DNA of 41,026 nucleotides from Saprospiraceae bacterium (GTDB lineage Bacteria; Bacteroidota; Bacteroidia; Chitinophagales; Saprospiraceae): NCBI GenBank assembly GCA_049241465.1, contig JBMLQR010000315.1, positions 1 to 41,026 of the forward strand, read 5' to 3'. Shown piece by piece: positions 34,001 to 41,026 of this stretch (position 1 is its first letter; each line of letters starts with the position of its first letter). The notes under the pieces were generated by a model. It saw only the letters and a program-made list of their open reading frames with translations, ran no database searches and was not told where the DNA came from. The position numbers and the translations under genes were made by a program.

Positions 34001-34129
34001 ATCATACGAAAAGAAAATAATGGGGTAGATTTTTTATATTCTGCCGATGAAAATGGCAATCTTAAAAAGTACTTTGTTAATGCAGATGATCAGTTAAATT
34101 GGATTAATAATCTAGCAAAAAGTAAATGA
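31076..34129 (+). CDS. Membrane-spanning P-loop NTPase (nSTAND-like) with a coiled coil and a C-terminal 7-blade beta-propeller
   Basis: 1017-aa ORF. The N-terminus IPFVGSRSFYESEQASFYGRIKQVDDVL...FIALTGQIGSGKSSFLDSGLIPALKKG...WVICKTRPGQAPIRNLAYAL and the Walker B LMIVIDQFEDLF match the N-terminal NTPase of nSTAND/WD40-type conflict-system proteins. A single TM helix (KRYRRNMLIGVVVGIVTISVVSLLAINA, about aa 500-527) is followed by about 190 aa of K/E-rich coiled coil. Seven roughly 40-aa repeats with G-x-hydrophobic strand motifs follow (DDGYLFIGG, TGGVYAINSG, NELVLFSLENG, QKGLYLWKTSG, QNGKILLYNL, LDKTVYFVDL, ENGNLKKYFV). Confidence 0.65.
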   Translation: MATMAKLNIPFVGSRSFYESEQASFYGRIKQVDDVLLLLHKHKFIALTGQIGSGKSSFLDSGLIPALKKGHNGLAGKEWVICKTRPGQAPIRNLAYALSENDLLNPTIKSTPEQHLWIEKKLKEGISGLETVYRQSEIFGKKNLMIVIDQFEDLFLNTDRYNNAAALNEDTNQYINSITGANFAEEIAVYVVIALGTENIIDISPYRRLQDLMNQGQYLLPRISGVDLKRIISNPLVGSKIGVSPESVDTLLAQFGSDMRLLPNLQFLLYKTWSVVKDKNQENIIIQPEDLANVGNIQHCFASHLELHYDHLDERGKQVFEKLFKVLVSTESLGKLTQPRTLAHLSSICESSLEEISTLLLPISRGEEMFLEILPPDISMNTDNRNFQLHKNSLLVIKNENIFIHWDRFRTWLEQEKESREIYKGLITDQLRYDEGKTSLLRPPDLDFIWQWYQQNQPSKIWGEFLVPGYQNAIDYLTLSYNTYKNELLLKENARKNEIKRYRRNMLIGVVVGIVTISVVSLLAINAHNEKRIANRERLVAIKAKEDLAQKKLIADQLNRDLFESKDSINQIVTQLKTKEITINKQNLSLVKKSSDLEKSSITIKEQYKNLEAQIKETKIAVTKAEIAKEKEIVATKKAKTREEFSNIKNQLFLLVGEFLANENPLELIPKLNSKINDYNEISNEVVGTIQPNNTLFQVLNIATTKLEALRNKSSQILKAKAGLRTISNQNGSFLCGGDDGYLFIGGGKNKVDIGERIRATLPLKNEPFALIGTFTGGVYAINSGKAPNKLLNSSSNMPAVALLNAFKYGEYLLATQNELVLFSLENGVISKSMLRDKLLSIVPLTDQNKFLLSTQKGLYLWKTSGEIESLIQLGSGEFSNPVSAMTLSRNIISFGFQNGKILLYNLSEFLQNVRINPKEKFVFHRTDITKILFFEDKLFSSSLDKTVYFVDLKLENSAAYAVKLVDNNSWVWDIIIRKENNGVDFLYSADENGNLKKYFVNADDQLNWINNLAKSK

Positions 34130-34152
34130 TTTAACGATTTTAATACCTTGTT

Positions 34153-35982
34153 ATGTTTTATTTTAGAATTCTATCTTTCTCTTTTTTTCTTTTCCTAATT
34201 GAGGGGAGTTTTGCGCAGACCACGCAGAAACCTGTCATTCATGGTAAACATTGGATGGCCATTACAGGTAAACCTTTAGCTGCAACGGCTGGTGCAACCG
34301 TTTTTCAACAAGGGGGAAATGCGGTGGATGCTGCCTGTGCTATGCTCGCAGCAACGGCTACCATGTGGGACGTTCTTAGCTGGGGCGGAGAAACTCAAGC
34401 CCTTATTTATAACCCTCATACAGGTAAAGTGATGGGCATTAATGCTTTAGGTGTTGCTCCAACGGGTGCCACTCCCGCGTTTTATAAGTCGAAGGGTTAT
34501 GATATCCCTCCCGCTTATGGTCCGCTCGCTGCCGTTACTCCTGGTACTCCAGGTGGATTATTTACTATGTTGAGTGAATATGGTACCATGTCTTTGGCCC
34601 AAGTGCTGAAACCTGCCATGCAAATGGCTGAAGGTTATCCCATGGAAACTTCTACCGCTGATATGATTGAAAAAAATAAGGCGAGAATTAAAAACTGGCC
34701 TTATTCAAAAAAGATTTTTCTTCCTCATTTGAATGAACCCAGGGAAGCACCGGAAGGTGGCGAGATTTTTGTTCAAAAAGATCTTTTTCAAATGCTCTCA
34801 AAATTGGTAGAAGCTGAATCCTCTGCGTTAAAACAGGGGAAATCCAGAAAGGAAGCTATTCAGGCTGCTTATGATAGATTTTATCGCGGCGATATTGCCG
34901 TGGAATTCGTCAGGGGAGTGCAAGAACAGGGTGGATTGATAACTATGGAGGACCTCGCAAAATGGAAAGTGAAACTGGAAGAACCCGTTTCTGTAAATTA
35001 CAGAGGCATCGATGTTTATAAATTGACCACCTGGACTCAGGGGCCCGTTATGCTACAAGCGCTGAATATTCTGGAAAATTTCGACTTGAAATCTATGGGT
35101 TATAATTCCTCCAGATATATTCATACCATCTGTCAGGCCATGCATCTCGCTTTCGCAGACAGAGATTTCTATTATGGAGATCCCGATTTTTCCCCATCGG
35201 AACCCATCAATGGATTATTGTCGAAAGCGTATGCAAAGGAAAGGGCGAAAAGTATTCAATACGATCGAAATGATACGTTGGCAGGTCCGGGTGATCCATA
35301 TCCTTTTGAACAAAAAGTTAATCCGTTTAAATCTTTATTGGAAAAATATAAAAATTCGCACTCCTCCATAATGTCGGAGGAACATAGGGAAGGATTTTTT
35401 GCCGGAACAACCTCTATTGAAACGGCCGATGCAGAGGGTTGGGTAGTGAGTGTGACCCCAAGTGGTGGTTGGATTCCCGCCTGTGTTGCTGGAAATACAG
35501 GTATAGGATTAAGTCAAAGAATGCAAGCCTTTGTGTTAGATGCTGCTGATAACCCGTTTAATGTGTTAGAACCCGGCAAGCGTCCCCGCGTTACCCTTAC
35601 GCCAACCCTGGCATTGCGCAATAATATTCCTTTTGTTTCTTTTGCCGTTCAGGGTGGTGATTCTCAAGACCAAAATCTCTTACAGTTTTTCCTGAATATG
35701 GTGGAGTTTGACATGAATGTACAAGAGGCTTGTGAAGCGCCAAATGTGAATTCTTTTCAAATGAAAAGTTCTTTCGATAAACATCTTTCTGAACCTGGTC
35801 GCTTGTTAGTGAATGAACAAACGCCTGATTGGACAAGAAGGGAACTCAAAAAACTCGGTTATTTGCTGGAGTTTGACAGAAAAACCTCTGGTCCTATTAA
35901 TGCTATTTATTTTGACCATAAACATGGCTCTTTCTGGGGTGGAAGCAGTCATTTTGGAGAAGATTACGGCATTGGCTGGTAA
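34153..35982 (+). CDS. ggt: Gamma-glutamyltransferase family protein (secreted)
   Basis: 609-aa ORF with a signal peptide (FFLFLIEGSFAQ). It has GKPLAATAGATVFQQGGNAVDAA, the autoprocessing/nucleophile region FFAGTTSIETAD and FAVQGGDSQDQ, all typical of GGT. GC is noticeably higher than in the CIS block. Confidence 0.85.
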   Translation: MFYFRILSFSFFLFLIEGSFAQTTQKPVIHGKHWMAITGKPLAATAGATVFQQGGNAVDAACAMLAATATMWDVLSWGGETQALIYNPHTGKVMGINALGVAPTGATPAFYKSKGYDIPPAYGPLAAVTPGTPGGLFTMLSEYGTMSLAQVLKPAMQMAEGYPMETSTADMIEKNKARIKNWPYSKKIFLPHLNEPREAPEGGEIFVQKDLFQMLSKLVEAESSALKQGKSRKEAIQAAYDRFYRGDIAVEFVRGVQEQGGLITMEDLAKWKVKLEEPVSVNYRGIDVYKLTTWTQGPVMLQALNILENFDLKSMGYNSSRYIHTICQAMHLAFADRDFYYGDPDFSPSEPINGLLSKAYAKERAKSIQYDRNDTLAGPGDPYPFEQKVNPFKSLLEKYKNSHSSIMSEEHREGFFAGTTSIETADAEGWVVSVTPSGGWIPACVAGNTGIGLSQRMQAFVLDAADNPFNVLEPGKRPRVTLTPTLALRNNIPFVSFAVQGGDSQDQNLLQFFLNMVEFDMNVQEACEAPNVNSFQMKSSFDKHLSEPGRLLVNEQTPDWTRRELKKLGYLLEFDRKTSGPINAIYFDHKHGSFWGGSSHFGEDYGIGW

Positions 35983-35991
35983 AAAAGACTA

Positions 35992-36025
35992 AGAACCGGA
36001 GAGAATCTTATTTCTCTTCGGTTCT
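35992..36025. terminator. Hairpin between the convergent GGT and PSCyt1 genes (candidate bidirectional terminator)
   Basis: AGAACCGGAGAGAA-tcttat-TTCTCTTCGGTTCT forms a 14-bp stem, with one G-U on the plus RNA and one A-C mismatch on the minus RNA. On the minus strand it is followed by TAGTCTTTTTT. It starts 9 nt after the GGT stop and overlaps the last codons and stop of the minus-strand gene. Confidence 0.6.
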
Positions 36026-37354
36026 AACCTCCATCGTTAACGTATCTATTTTATACCCACCTAAATCAAAATAAACCTTAGGCATTCGTTGCTGTATTTC
36101 AGCCATGTCTTCTATTTTGACTTCGCTTTGATATAAATAAACAGATTTTAAAAGGGGTAATGAGCTTAAAGCACGCAATCCTTTTTCAGTTATGCTCGTT
36201 CCCACCAGGTTCAAATATCTTAGTTCGGTATTTTTTAGTAAAGCAATACCCTCATCTGTAATCAATGTATTATCAAGGTAAAGTTTGGAGAGGTTAGGTA
36301 ATCCACTTATCCATTTCAGGCTTTTATCGGAAATCCTTGTACCACTCAGTCTGATAGAAGCAATATTTTTTTCTAATCCTTTAAATAGTTCTCCATCCTT
36401 GTCGCTAAAATCGGAAAGGGACTGGCAATTTATCTGAAGGAGCGGATGACCACTGGCTAAAGGTAACACCACCATACCTCTGTCTCTTAAAGGAGTTAGC
36501 ATGGTTTCGGACACAGCAGCTAAGTCAGGGACTAAAGGCCAATCAGCTGTTTTAGCCATATTTTTTTCTTCATTTGAAGCTGAAACAACTTCTTCGGTTA
36601 GTTGTAAGTCTTTCAGTAATAATTTTGGGCTTGCACCTAAAGACAACCATTTTTCTATAATAACTATTTCCTTTTCAGTAAGTTGTGTTTTTCCTTTTGG
36701 AGGCATGTGCTGCTTATCAGACAAAGGGAGCCTCATTCGATGTGACATTAAAGCCATTTTGCCCTCTTCGATACCATGATAAAATCCGTTTTTACCTCCT
36801 TTTAGTACATTTTCAATTTGGTCTAATTTTAACTTTCCTTTTTGTTTCGTTTTTCCATGACAGGCAACACATTTTTCTTCAAAAATGGGCGCAATTATGT
36901 CTGCATAAACCAACGCATTTTGGTTAAATGCAATTTGCTTCGATTCTTTTTTAGGTTTATCTAACGATAAGAAATCTTCCCCATGGGTTAAATTTCCACC
37001 CAAATGACCGGTAACTAAAACCAATATACTTAACGCTCCTTGTCCAAGAAGATGAATATGGGGAATTTTAGGGGGAAATCGGTATAAACCGATTAATAGA
37101 GCCGATCCAATGGCCAGGCCTATGCCCCAATTTCTGTGAAGTTCCACAGATGAAACCTCGTAATCACCCTGATTCATTAAAAAATAGCCACTCAACGCGG
37201 AAAAAACAGCACCAATGCCTCCTAAAATGGTGATTAAGGGGATAGACGTTTTGTATTTTTTACCCGTTGCGCTCAGTCCATAGACTTCTAAAAAAAAGGC
37301 TAATAGCAACAAAGCAATGGGAAAATGTATGACAAGGGGATGTAAAACTCCCAT
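36008..37354 (-). CDS. Membrane protein with a PSCyt1-type c-type cytochrome motif and C-terminal leucine-rich repeats
   Basis: There are N-terminal multi-TM helices (VIHFPIALLLLAFFLEVYGL, etc.), the haem-binding CVACHGKTKQKGKLKLD and LRR units (LSGTRISDKSLKWISGLPNLSKLYLDNTLITDEGIALLKNTELRYLNLVGTSITEKGL). The ORF-track start at 37417 is a GTG overlapping the upstream gene by 58 nt. I prefer the ATG at 37354 (MGVLHPLVIHFP), 5 nt after that gene's stop. Confidence 0.65.
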   Translation of the reverse strand: MGVLHPLVIHFPIALLLLAFFLEVYGLSATGKKYKTSIPLITILGGIGAVFSALSGYFLMNQGDYEVSSVELHRNWGIGLAIGSALLIGLYRFPPKIPHIHLLGQGALSILVLVTGHLGGNLTHGEDFLSLDKPKKESKQIAFNQNALVYADIIAPIFEEKCVACHGKTKQKGKLKLDQIENVLKGGKNGFYHGIEEGKMALMSHRMRLPLSDKQHMPPKGKTQLTEKEIVIIEKWLSLGASPKLLLKDLQLTEEVVSASNEEKNMAKTADWPLVPDLAAVSETMLTPLRDRGMVVLPLASGHPLLQINCQSLSDFSDKDGELFKGLEKNIASIRLSGTRISDKSLKWISGLPNLSKLYLDNTLITDEGIALLKNTELRYLNLVGTSITEKGLRALSSLPLLKSVYLYQSEVKIEDMAEIQQRMPKVYFDLGGYKIDTLTMEVRTEEK

Positions 37355-37359
37355 AGGAT

Positions 37360-38283
37360 TTATTTTTTTTGATATCGGTTTCGAAGATAATTTAACATAT
37401 ATACATTTATATCCCACTGATTAGCAAGAGGTTGTTGTGTATATGGTACGACAGGCAGATACATGGGCGGACCAAATTCTGTCAATATAGTAATGGCACT
37501 TCCCTGTTGGTTTTTCATTTTGACTACCTCATCCCACCAAGCCAAGTGAGCCATAAAAGCATCTTGCCACTCAGGTGCGCGTGGATCAGTTACTTGTGGA
37601 CCTTCCTGGTGTCCAACCCGGGCATGAATATGACCTGTTTTTGATAAAGCCTGAGCAACCGCCTCTTTTTGGTCCTTCAATAAGGATTCATGAACTACAC
37701 ACCAATGGGAAATGTCTAACGTTAACTTCATCTCCGGAATGTCGCTTAAAAGGGCCTGGGTAGTAGGAATATTATAGCAGATCCTGCCTCTATGCGTTTC
37801 GTGATAGATAGGAATGCCCGATTTTTTGGCTGGTAAAATCGTATCTGTTATAATATCTTTAGCCTGTGATAGGGTAAAATAATCTTTCCCTGAATGACAA
37901 TTTATATAAACAGGTTTCATGGCTATCGCCAAATCTATCTGTTGACGGAATTCATTTCGGTTTTCCTCAAAATTTGATTTTCCACTCCCGGTAAGCAATC
38001 CTAATTTTAAGTCAAATTGAGCTACCGTATTAAGGAGTAAGTCCCTTTGGGTTGCATTTCCAGGTACCCACATTTCTATTCCATCATACCCTGCTGCTTT
38101 TGCTTTTTGACAAAAGGAGGCTAAATCTCCGTTAAAGCCCCAGTTTGTTGCAAAAATATAGAGCGGAACGGAAACAGGGGTCGAAAAATCATTCGAAGCG
38201 TATGTAAAGGTATCAGTCATACCCAATAATGGTATGGCAGTGGCTGTAAGAGATTGAGCCAGGAATTTTCTTCTGCTGTGCAT
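37360..38283 (-). CDS. Tat-exported sugar phosphate isomerase/epimerase (xylose-isomerase-like TIM barrel)
   Basis: 307-aa ORF with a twin-arginine signal (MHSRRKFLAQSLTATAIPLLG). AAGYDGIEMWVPG, IYHETHRG and LDISHWCVVHE are typical of the AP_endonuc_2/TIM-barrel family. Confidence 0.65.
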   Translation of the reverse strand: MHSRRKFLAQSLTATAIPLLGMTDTFTYASNDFSTPVSVPLYIFATNWGFNGDLASFCQKAKAAGYDGIEMWVPGNATQRDLLLNTVAQFDLKLGLLTGSGKSNFEENRNEFRQQIDLAIAMKPVYINCHSGKDYFTLSQAKDIITDTILPAKKSGIPIYHETHRGRICYNIPTTQALLSDIPEMKLTLDISHWCVVHESLLKDQKEAVAQALSKTGHIHARVGHQEGPQVTDPRAPEWQDAFMAHLAWWDEVVKMKNQQGSAITILTEFGPPMYLPVVPYTQQPLANQWDINVYMLNYLRNRYQKK

Positions 38284-38286
38284 AAT

Positions 38287-39786
38287 TTAACTTAATATGG
38301 GTTTTATCACGGTCCCTTCAACGTCGGTTAATCTGAAGGGTCTTCCCTGGAACGGATAAGTAAATGTTTCATGATTAAAGCCCAGCAAATGAAGGATAGT
38401 AGCCTGAACATCATAGACAGAAACTTTACCATCGACAGGATAAAATCCTATTTCATCTGTTTCCCCGTAGGTTGTTCCAGCTTTGGCACCCCCTCCGCAC
38501 ATCCAGATAGTGAATGCGTCGGCATGATGATCTCTACCTTTGAAAGGCATTTCCAATCCATTTCTATTTTCCTGCATGGGCGTTCTACCAAATTCACTTC
38601 CCCAGACAATCAAGGTTTCCTCCAAAAGCCCACGTTGTTTTAAATCTAAAATAAGGGCAGTAATGGCTTTATCTATTTGCTTACATTTGTTTACCAAACC
38701 TATTTCCAGTGAGGTATCGGTTGAATTGCCATGAACATCCCAACCCCAGTCGAACAATTGTACAAATCGAACGCCTTTTTCAACCAATTTTCTTGCCAGG
38801 AGTAAATTATTTGCAAAACTCTCTTTTCCAGGTTCCGTTCCGTACATTTCATGAATATAGGCGGGTTCATCGGAAATATTCATGACATCGGGTGCAGAGA
38901 TTTGCATACGGAAGGCCATTTCATATTGGGATATCCGGGATAAAGTTTCCGGATCATTAAATTCTTTATAAGTCTCTTTATTGGCCTGATTGATAGCATC
39001 TATGGACGCTTTCCGCATATTGCCATCTACGTTGGCGGGATTGTCCAGATAAAGAACAGGTTCACCATGAGAACGGCAATGAACACCTTGATAAACTGAG
39101 GGTAAGAATCCACTGCCCCAAACCGATTTACCTGCGTCCGGATTTTGACCACCGGAGGTTAATACCACGAAGCCGGGTAAATTGGCATTTTCCGAACCTA
39201 ATCCGTAAGTAACCCAGGAGCCTAAACTTGGTCGTCCAAGTCTGGCCGAACCCGTTTGCATGAGTAACTGAGCAGGTGCATGGTTAAATTGATCGGTATG
39301 AACGGCCTTCAAGAATGATAATTCGTCTGCAACACCAGCAAGATGAGGCAAATAATGAGATACCCAGGCACCTGATTGACCTCTTTGTTTAAATTCACCA
39401 ATGGTTCCCAGCATCTTAGGAACGCCTCTGATAAAGGCAAATTTTTTCCCTTTTAATAAGGATTCCGGGCAAAGCTGTCCATCCAGTTTTTTGAGCTCGG
39501 GTTTATAGTCAAACAATTCTAATTGTGAGGGGGCTCCGGCCATGTGAAGATAAATGACGGATTTGGCCTTCCCTGGTAAATGGGGTGTTTTGGGGAGAAG
39601 CGGCTTTGTTGGATCGAACAAAGTGTTGGAAGACCCGTTGGACTCACTTGTGCACGCGTTGATAAGAGGTGAAAAAGCTAAAGCACCTAAGCCCATAGAA
39701 CATTGTTTTAAAAACAATCTGCGGGTGGCAAGTTGTGCATCCAGTAAATGGGCTTCTTCGGCAAGACTCAATCTTTTATTATTCAT
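38287..39786 (-). CDS. DUF1501-family (sulfatase-like) protein, Tat signal
   Basis: 499-aa ORF with the Tat motif TRRLFLKQCSMGLGALAF. IYLHMAGAPSQLELFDYKP, WGSEFGRTP and GRDHH are hallmark DUF1501 motifs. It is paired with a DUF1553 gene, as is usual. Confidence 0.88.
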   Translation of the reverse strand: MNNKRLSLAEEAHLLDAQLATRRLFLKQCSMGLGALAFSPLINACTSESNGSSNTLFDPTKPLLPKTPHLPGKAKSVIYLHMAGAPSQLELFDYKPELKKLDGQLCPESLLKGKKFAFIRGVPKMLGTIGEFKQRGQSGAWVSHYLPHLAGVADELSFLKAVHTDQFNHAPAQLLMQTGSARLGRPSLGSWVTYGLGSENANLPGFVVLTSGGQNPDAGKSVWGSGFLPSVYQGVHCRSHGEPVLYLDNPANVDGNMRKASIDAINQANKETYKEFNDPETLSRISQYEMAFRMQISAPDVMNISDEPAYIHEMYGTEPGKESFANNLLLARKLVEKGVRFVQLFDWGWDVHGNSTDTSLEIGLVNKCKQIDKAITALILDLKQRGLLEETLIVWGSEFGRTPMQENRNGLEMPFKGRDHHADAFTIWMCGGGAKAGTTYGETDEIGFYPVDGKVSVYDVQATILHLLGFNHETFTYPFQGRPFRLTDVEGTVIKPILS

Positions 39787-39794
39787 GTCGCGGC

Positions 39795-41026
39795 TTAATT
39801 TTTAGTGATAATTACATCTAAATTTAACATAGCATTGGCAACTAACGCGAAAGCAGCATCTTCAACGTTTGGATTTTCAACCTGAATTTCTTTAACTAGT
39901 TCAGGATGAGATTTATAATATGTTTTTGAATCCTTATAAAGTTTCACCAAGGGTTGTAAAAGAGTAGGTGAAATGGATTTATTTAGTAAAATATGATATC
40001 CATGTTGTATGCGATCGTTGACAGACAAACCAGGATTTTCCAACATTTTTTGACCAAAATGCGTCGCCGCTTCCATAAAAACAGGGTCATTCAAGGTAAC
40101 TAAAGCTTGTAAAGGGGTATTTGTCCTGATTCTCCTTGCGTTACAAACATTGCGACCCGTACCGTCAAAAGTTAACTGGGAAGGGTAGGGGCTGCTCCTC
40201 TTATAGTAGGTATAGATAGAGCGACGGTATTTGTCCTCACCTTCACTAATTTTCCATTTGTTACCGTCATAAGGACTTGCCCATATTCCCTCTGGTTGAT
40301 AAGGCATTACGGATGGCCCGTACATTTTTGGGCTCAGAAGACCAGCAACGTGTAATGCCTGATCCCGTACCTGCTCTGCACTTAATCTTATCCTGGGGGC
40401 TCTACTCAACAAACGGTTATTTGGATCCTTTTTAAGCTTTTCAGGGGTAACCACCGATGATTGCCTGTAGGTTTGTGAAAGAACGATTTCTTTCAGAGAC
40501 GATTTGATAGACCATCTATGTTTATTCATAAACTGCCAGGACAAATAATCCAATAATTCCGGATGAGAAGGCAGGGTACCTTGTGATCCAAAATCCTCTA
40601 AAGTTTCCACTATGCCCGTGCCAAAAAGTTGTTCCCACAATCTGTTCACCAACGTTCTTGAAACCAACGGATTGCGTTTATCGGTCATCCATTCTACCAT
40701 GCCCATGCGGTTAGGTTTCGTCAAATTAAAGGAATTACCGAGAACCTTTGGTATGTCCGGAGAAACAACTTCGCCTTTAACTTTCCAGTTTCCCCGAATG
40801 AAAACCTGGGTTTTCCTGACATTTTCCGGCTTATTATCCATCATAATGGGGGTATTTGGTGGATTTTTTCTTAATAAAGCCCAATACGAACTATCCATTG
40901 ATTTTCTAGATGGATCTCCTTCGTTTCCAGGAAAGGCATGATCTAAATGGAAAGAATTTAGAGTAAAACCAGACTCAGTATCGGAGGTCAGCGATGCATT
41001 TTCATAGCTGAAATATAGATCATGTT
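39795..41026 (-). CDS. DUF1553 (PSD1) domain protein, C-terminal part. The 5' end lies beyond the right edge.
   Basis: NRLLSRAPRIRLSAEQVRDQALHVAGLL, RRSIYTYYKRSSPYP and FDGTGRNVCNARRIRTNTPLQAL are DUF1553 signatures. I checked by hand that the frame upstream of the ORF-track Met (40898) stays open to base 41026. The true gene is therefore longer, as DUF1549/DUF1553 proteins typically are. Confidence 0.85.
   Translation of the reverse strand, partial: HDLYFSYENASLTSDTESGFTLNSFHLDHAFPGNEGDPSRKSMDSSYWALLRKNPPNTPIMMDNKPENVRKTQVFIRGNWKVKGEVVSPDIPKVLGNSFNLTKPNRMGMVEWMTDKRNPLVSRTLVNRLWEQLFGTGIVETLEDFGSQGTLPSHPELLDYLSWQFMNKHRWSIKSSLKEIVLSQTYRQSSVVTPEKLKKDPNNRLLSRAPRIRLSAEQVRDQALHVAGLLSPKMYGPSVMPYQPEGIWASPYDGNKWKISEGEDKYRRSIYTYYKRSSPYPSQLTFDGTGRNVCNARRIRTNTPLQALVTLNDPVFMEAATHFGQKMLENPGLSVNDRIQHGYHILLNKSISPTLLQPLVKLYKDSKTYYKSHPELVKEIQVENPNVEDAAFALVANAMLNLDVIITKN

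Noticed and set aside
35174-40941. Short nested ORFs in the right flank: 35174-35371, 35597-35836, 36501-36927, 37432-37763, 38371-38734, 39554-39805 and 40612-40941
   Set aside because: They overlap confidently assigned GGT, PSCyt1, TIM-barrel, DUF1501 and DUF1553 genes in other frames.
1-41026. CRISPR arrays, tRNA/rRNA genes, integrase or transposase genes, and att-like direct repeats
   Set aside because: I looked for regular short repeats, cloverleaf-like GC-rich islands and recombinase motifs and found none. The low-GC block is therefore not called a mobile element.

Overview
The window is probably from a Bacteroidota genome: there are no Shine-Dalgarno sequences, and it carries a TonB-dependent-receptor-like barrel and a DUF1501/DUF1553/PSCyt gene set. 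Its core, about 1.2-34.1 kb, is an AT-rich block. Hand counts of sample 60-nt lines give about 25-35% GC, against about 45-50% in the right flank and about 38% in the left flank. This block encodes a complete Afp/PVC-lineage contractile injection system (CIS). One tightly packed minus-strand operon of 19 genes runs from 30954 to 5489. In transcription order it encodes an ORFan, a DUF4407 membrane protein, a secreted ORFan, a membrane-anchored GH18-like protein, a small 2-TM protein, a DUF4255/Pvc16-like cap, an ORFan, the sheath, tube 1, tube 2, a small DUF5908-like protein, a LysM tube-initiator, the VgrG spike, PAAR, gp25, a Baseplate_J-like giant, a fibre-like 247-aa protein, a second wedge protein, and a 1750-aa putative tape-measure protein with 130-aa tandem repeats. 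Convergent with this operon is a two-gene plus-strand unit: an AAA+ ATPase (Afp15-like) and a TonB-dependent-receptor-like outer-membrane barrel. Divergent from the operon is a 1017-aa P-loop (nSTAND-like) NTPase with one TM helix, a coiled coil and a 7-blade beta-propeller. No recognisable toxin or effector, integrase, transposase, tRNA, rRNA or CRISPR array is present. The flanks are ordinary housekeeping genes: a partial XdhC-family gene on the left; gamma-glutamyltransferase, a PSCyt1/LRR membrane protein, a Tat-exported TIM-barrel isomerase, DUF1501 and a partial DUF1553 protein on the right. The most interesting signal is the set of envelope-associated genes fused into the CIS operon and flanking it. 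They suggest a membrane-anchored or specially released CIS variant whose accessory parts are not explained by the canonical Afp/PVC parts list. All family assignments come from motif recognition by eye and need confirmation by HMM or structure searches.
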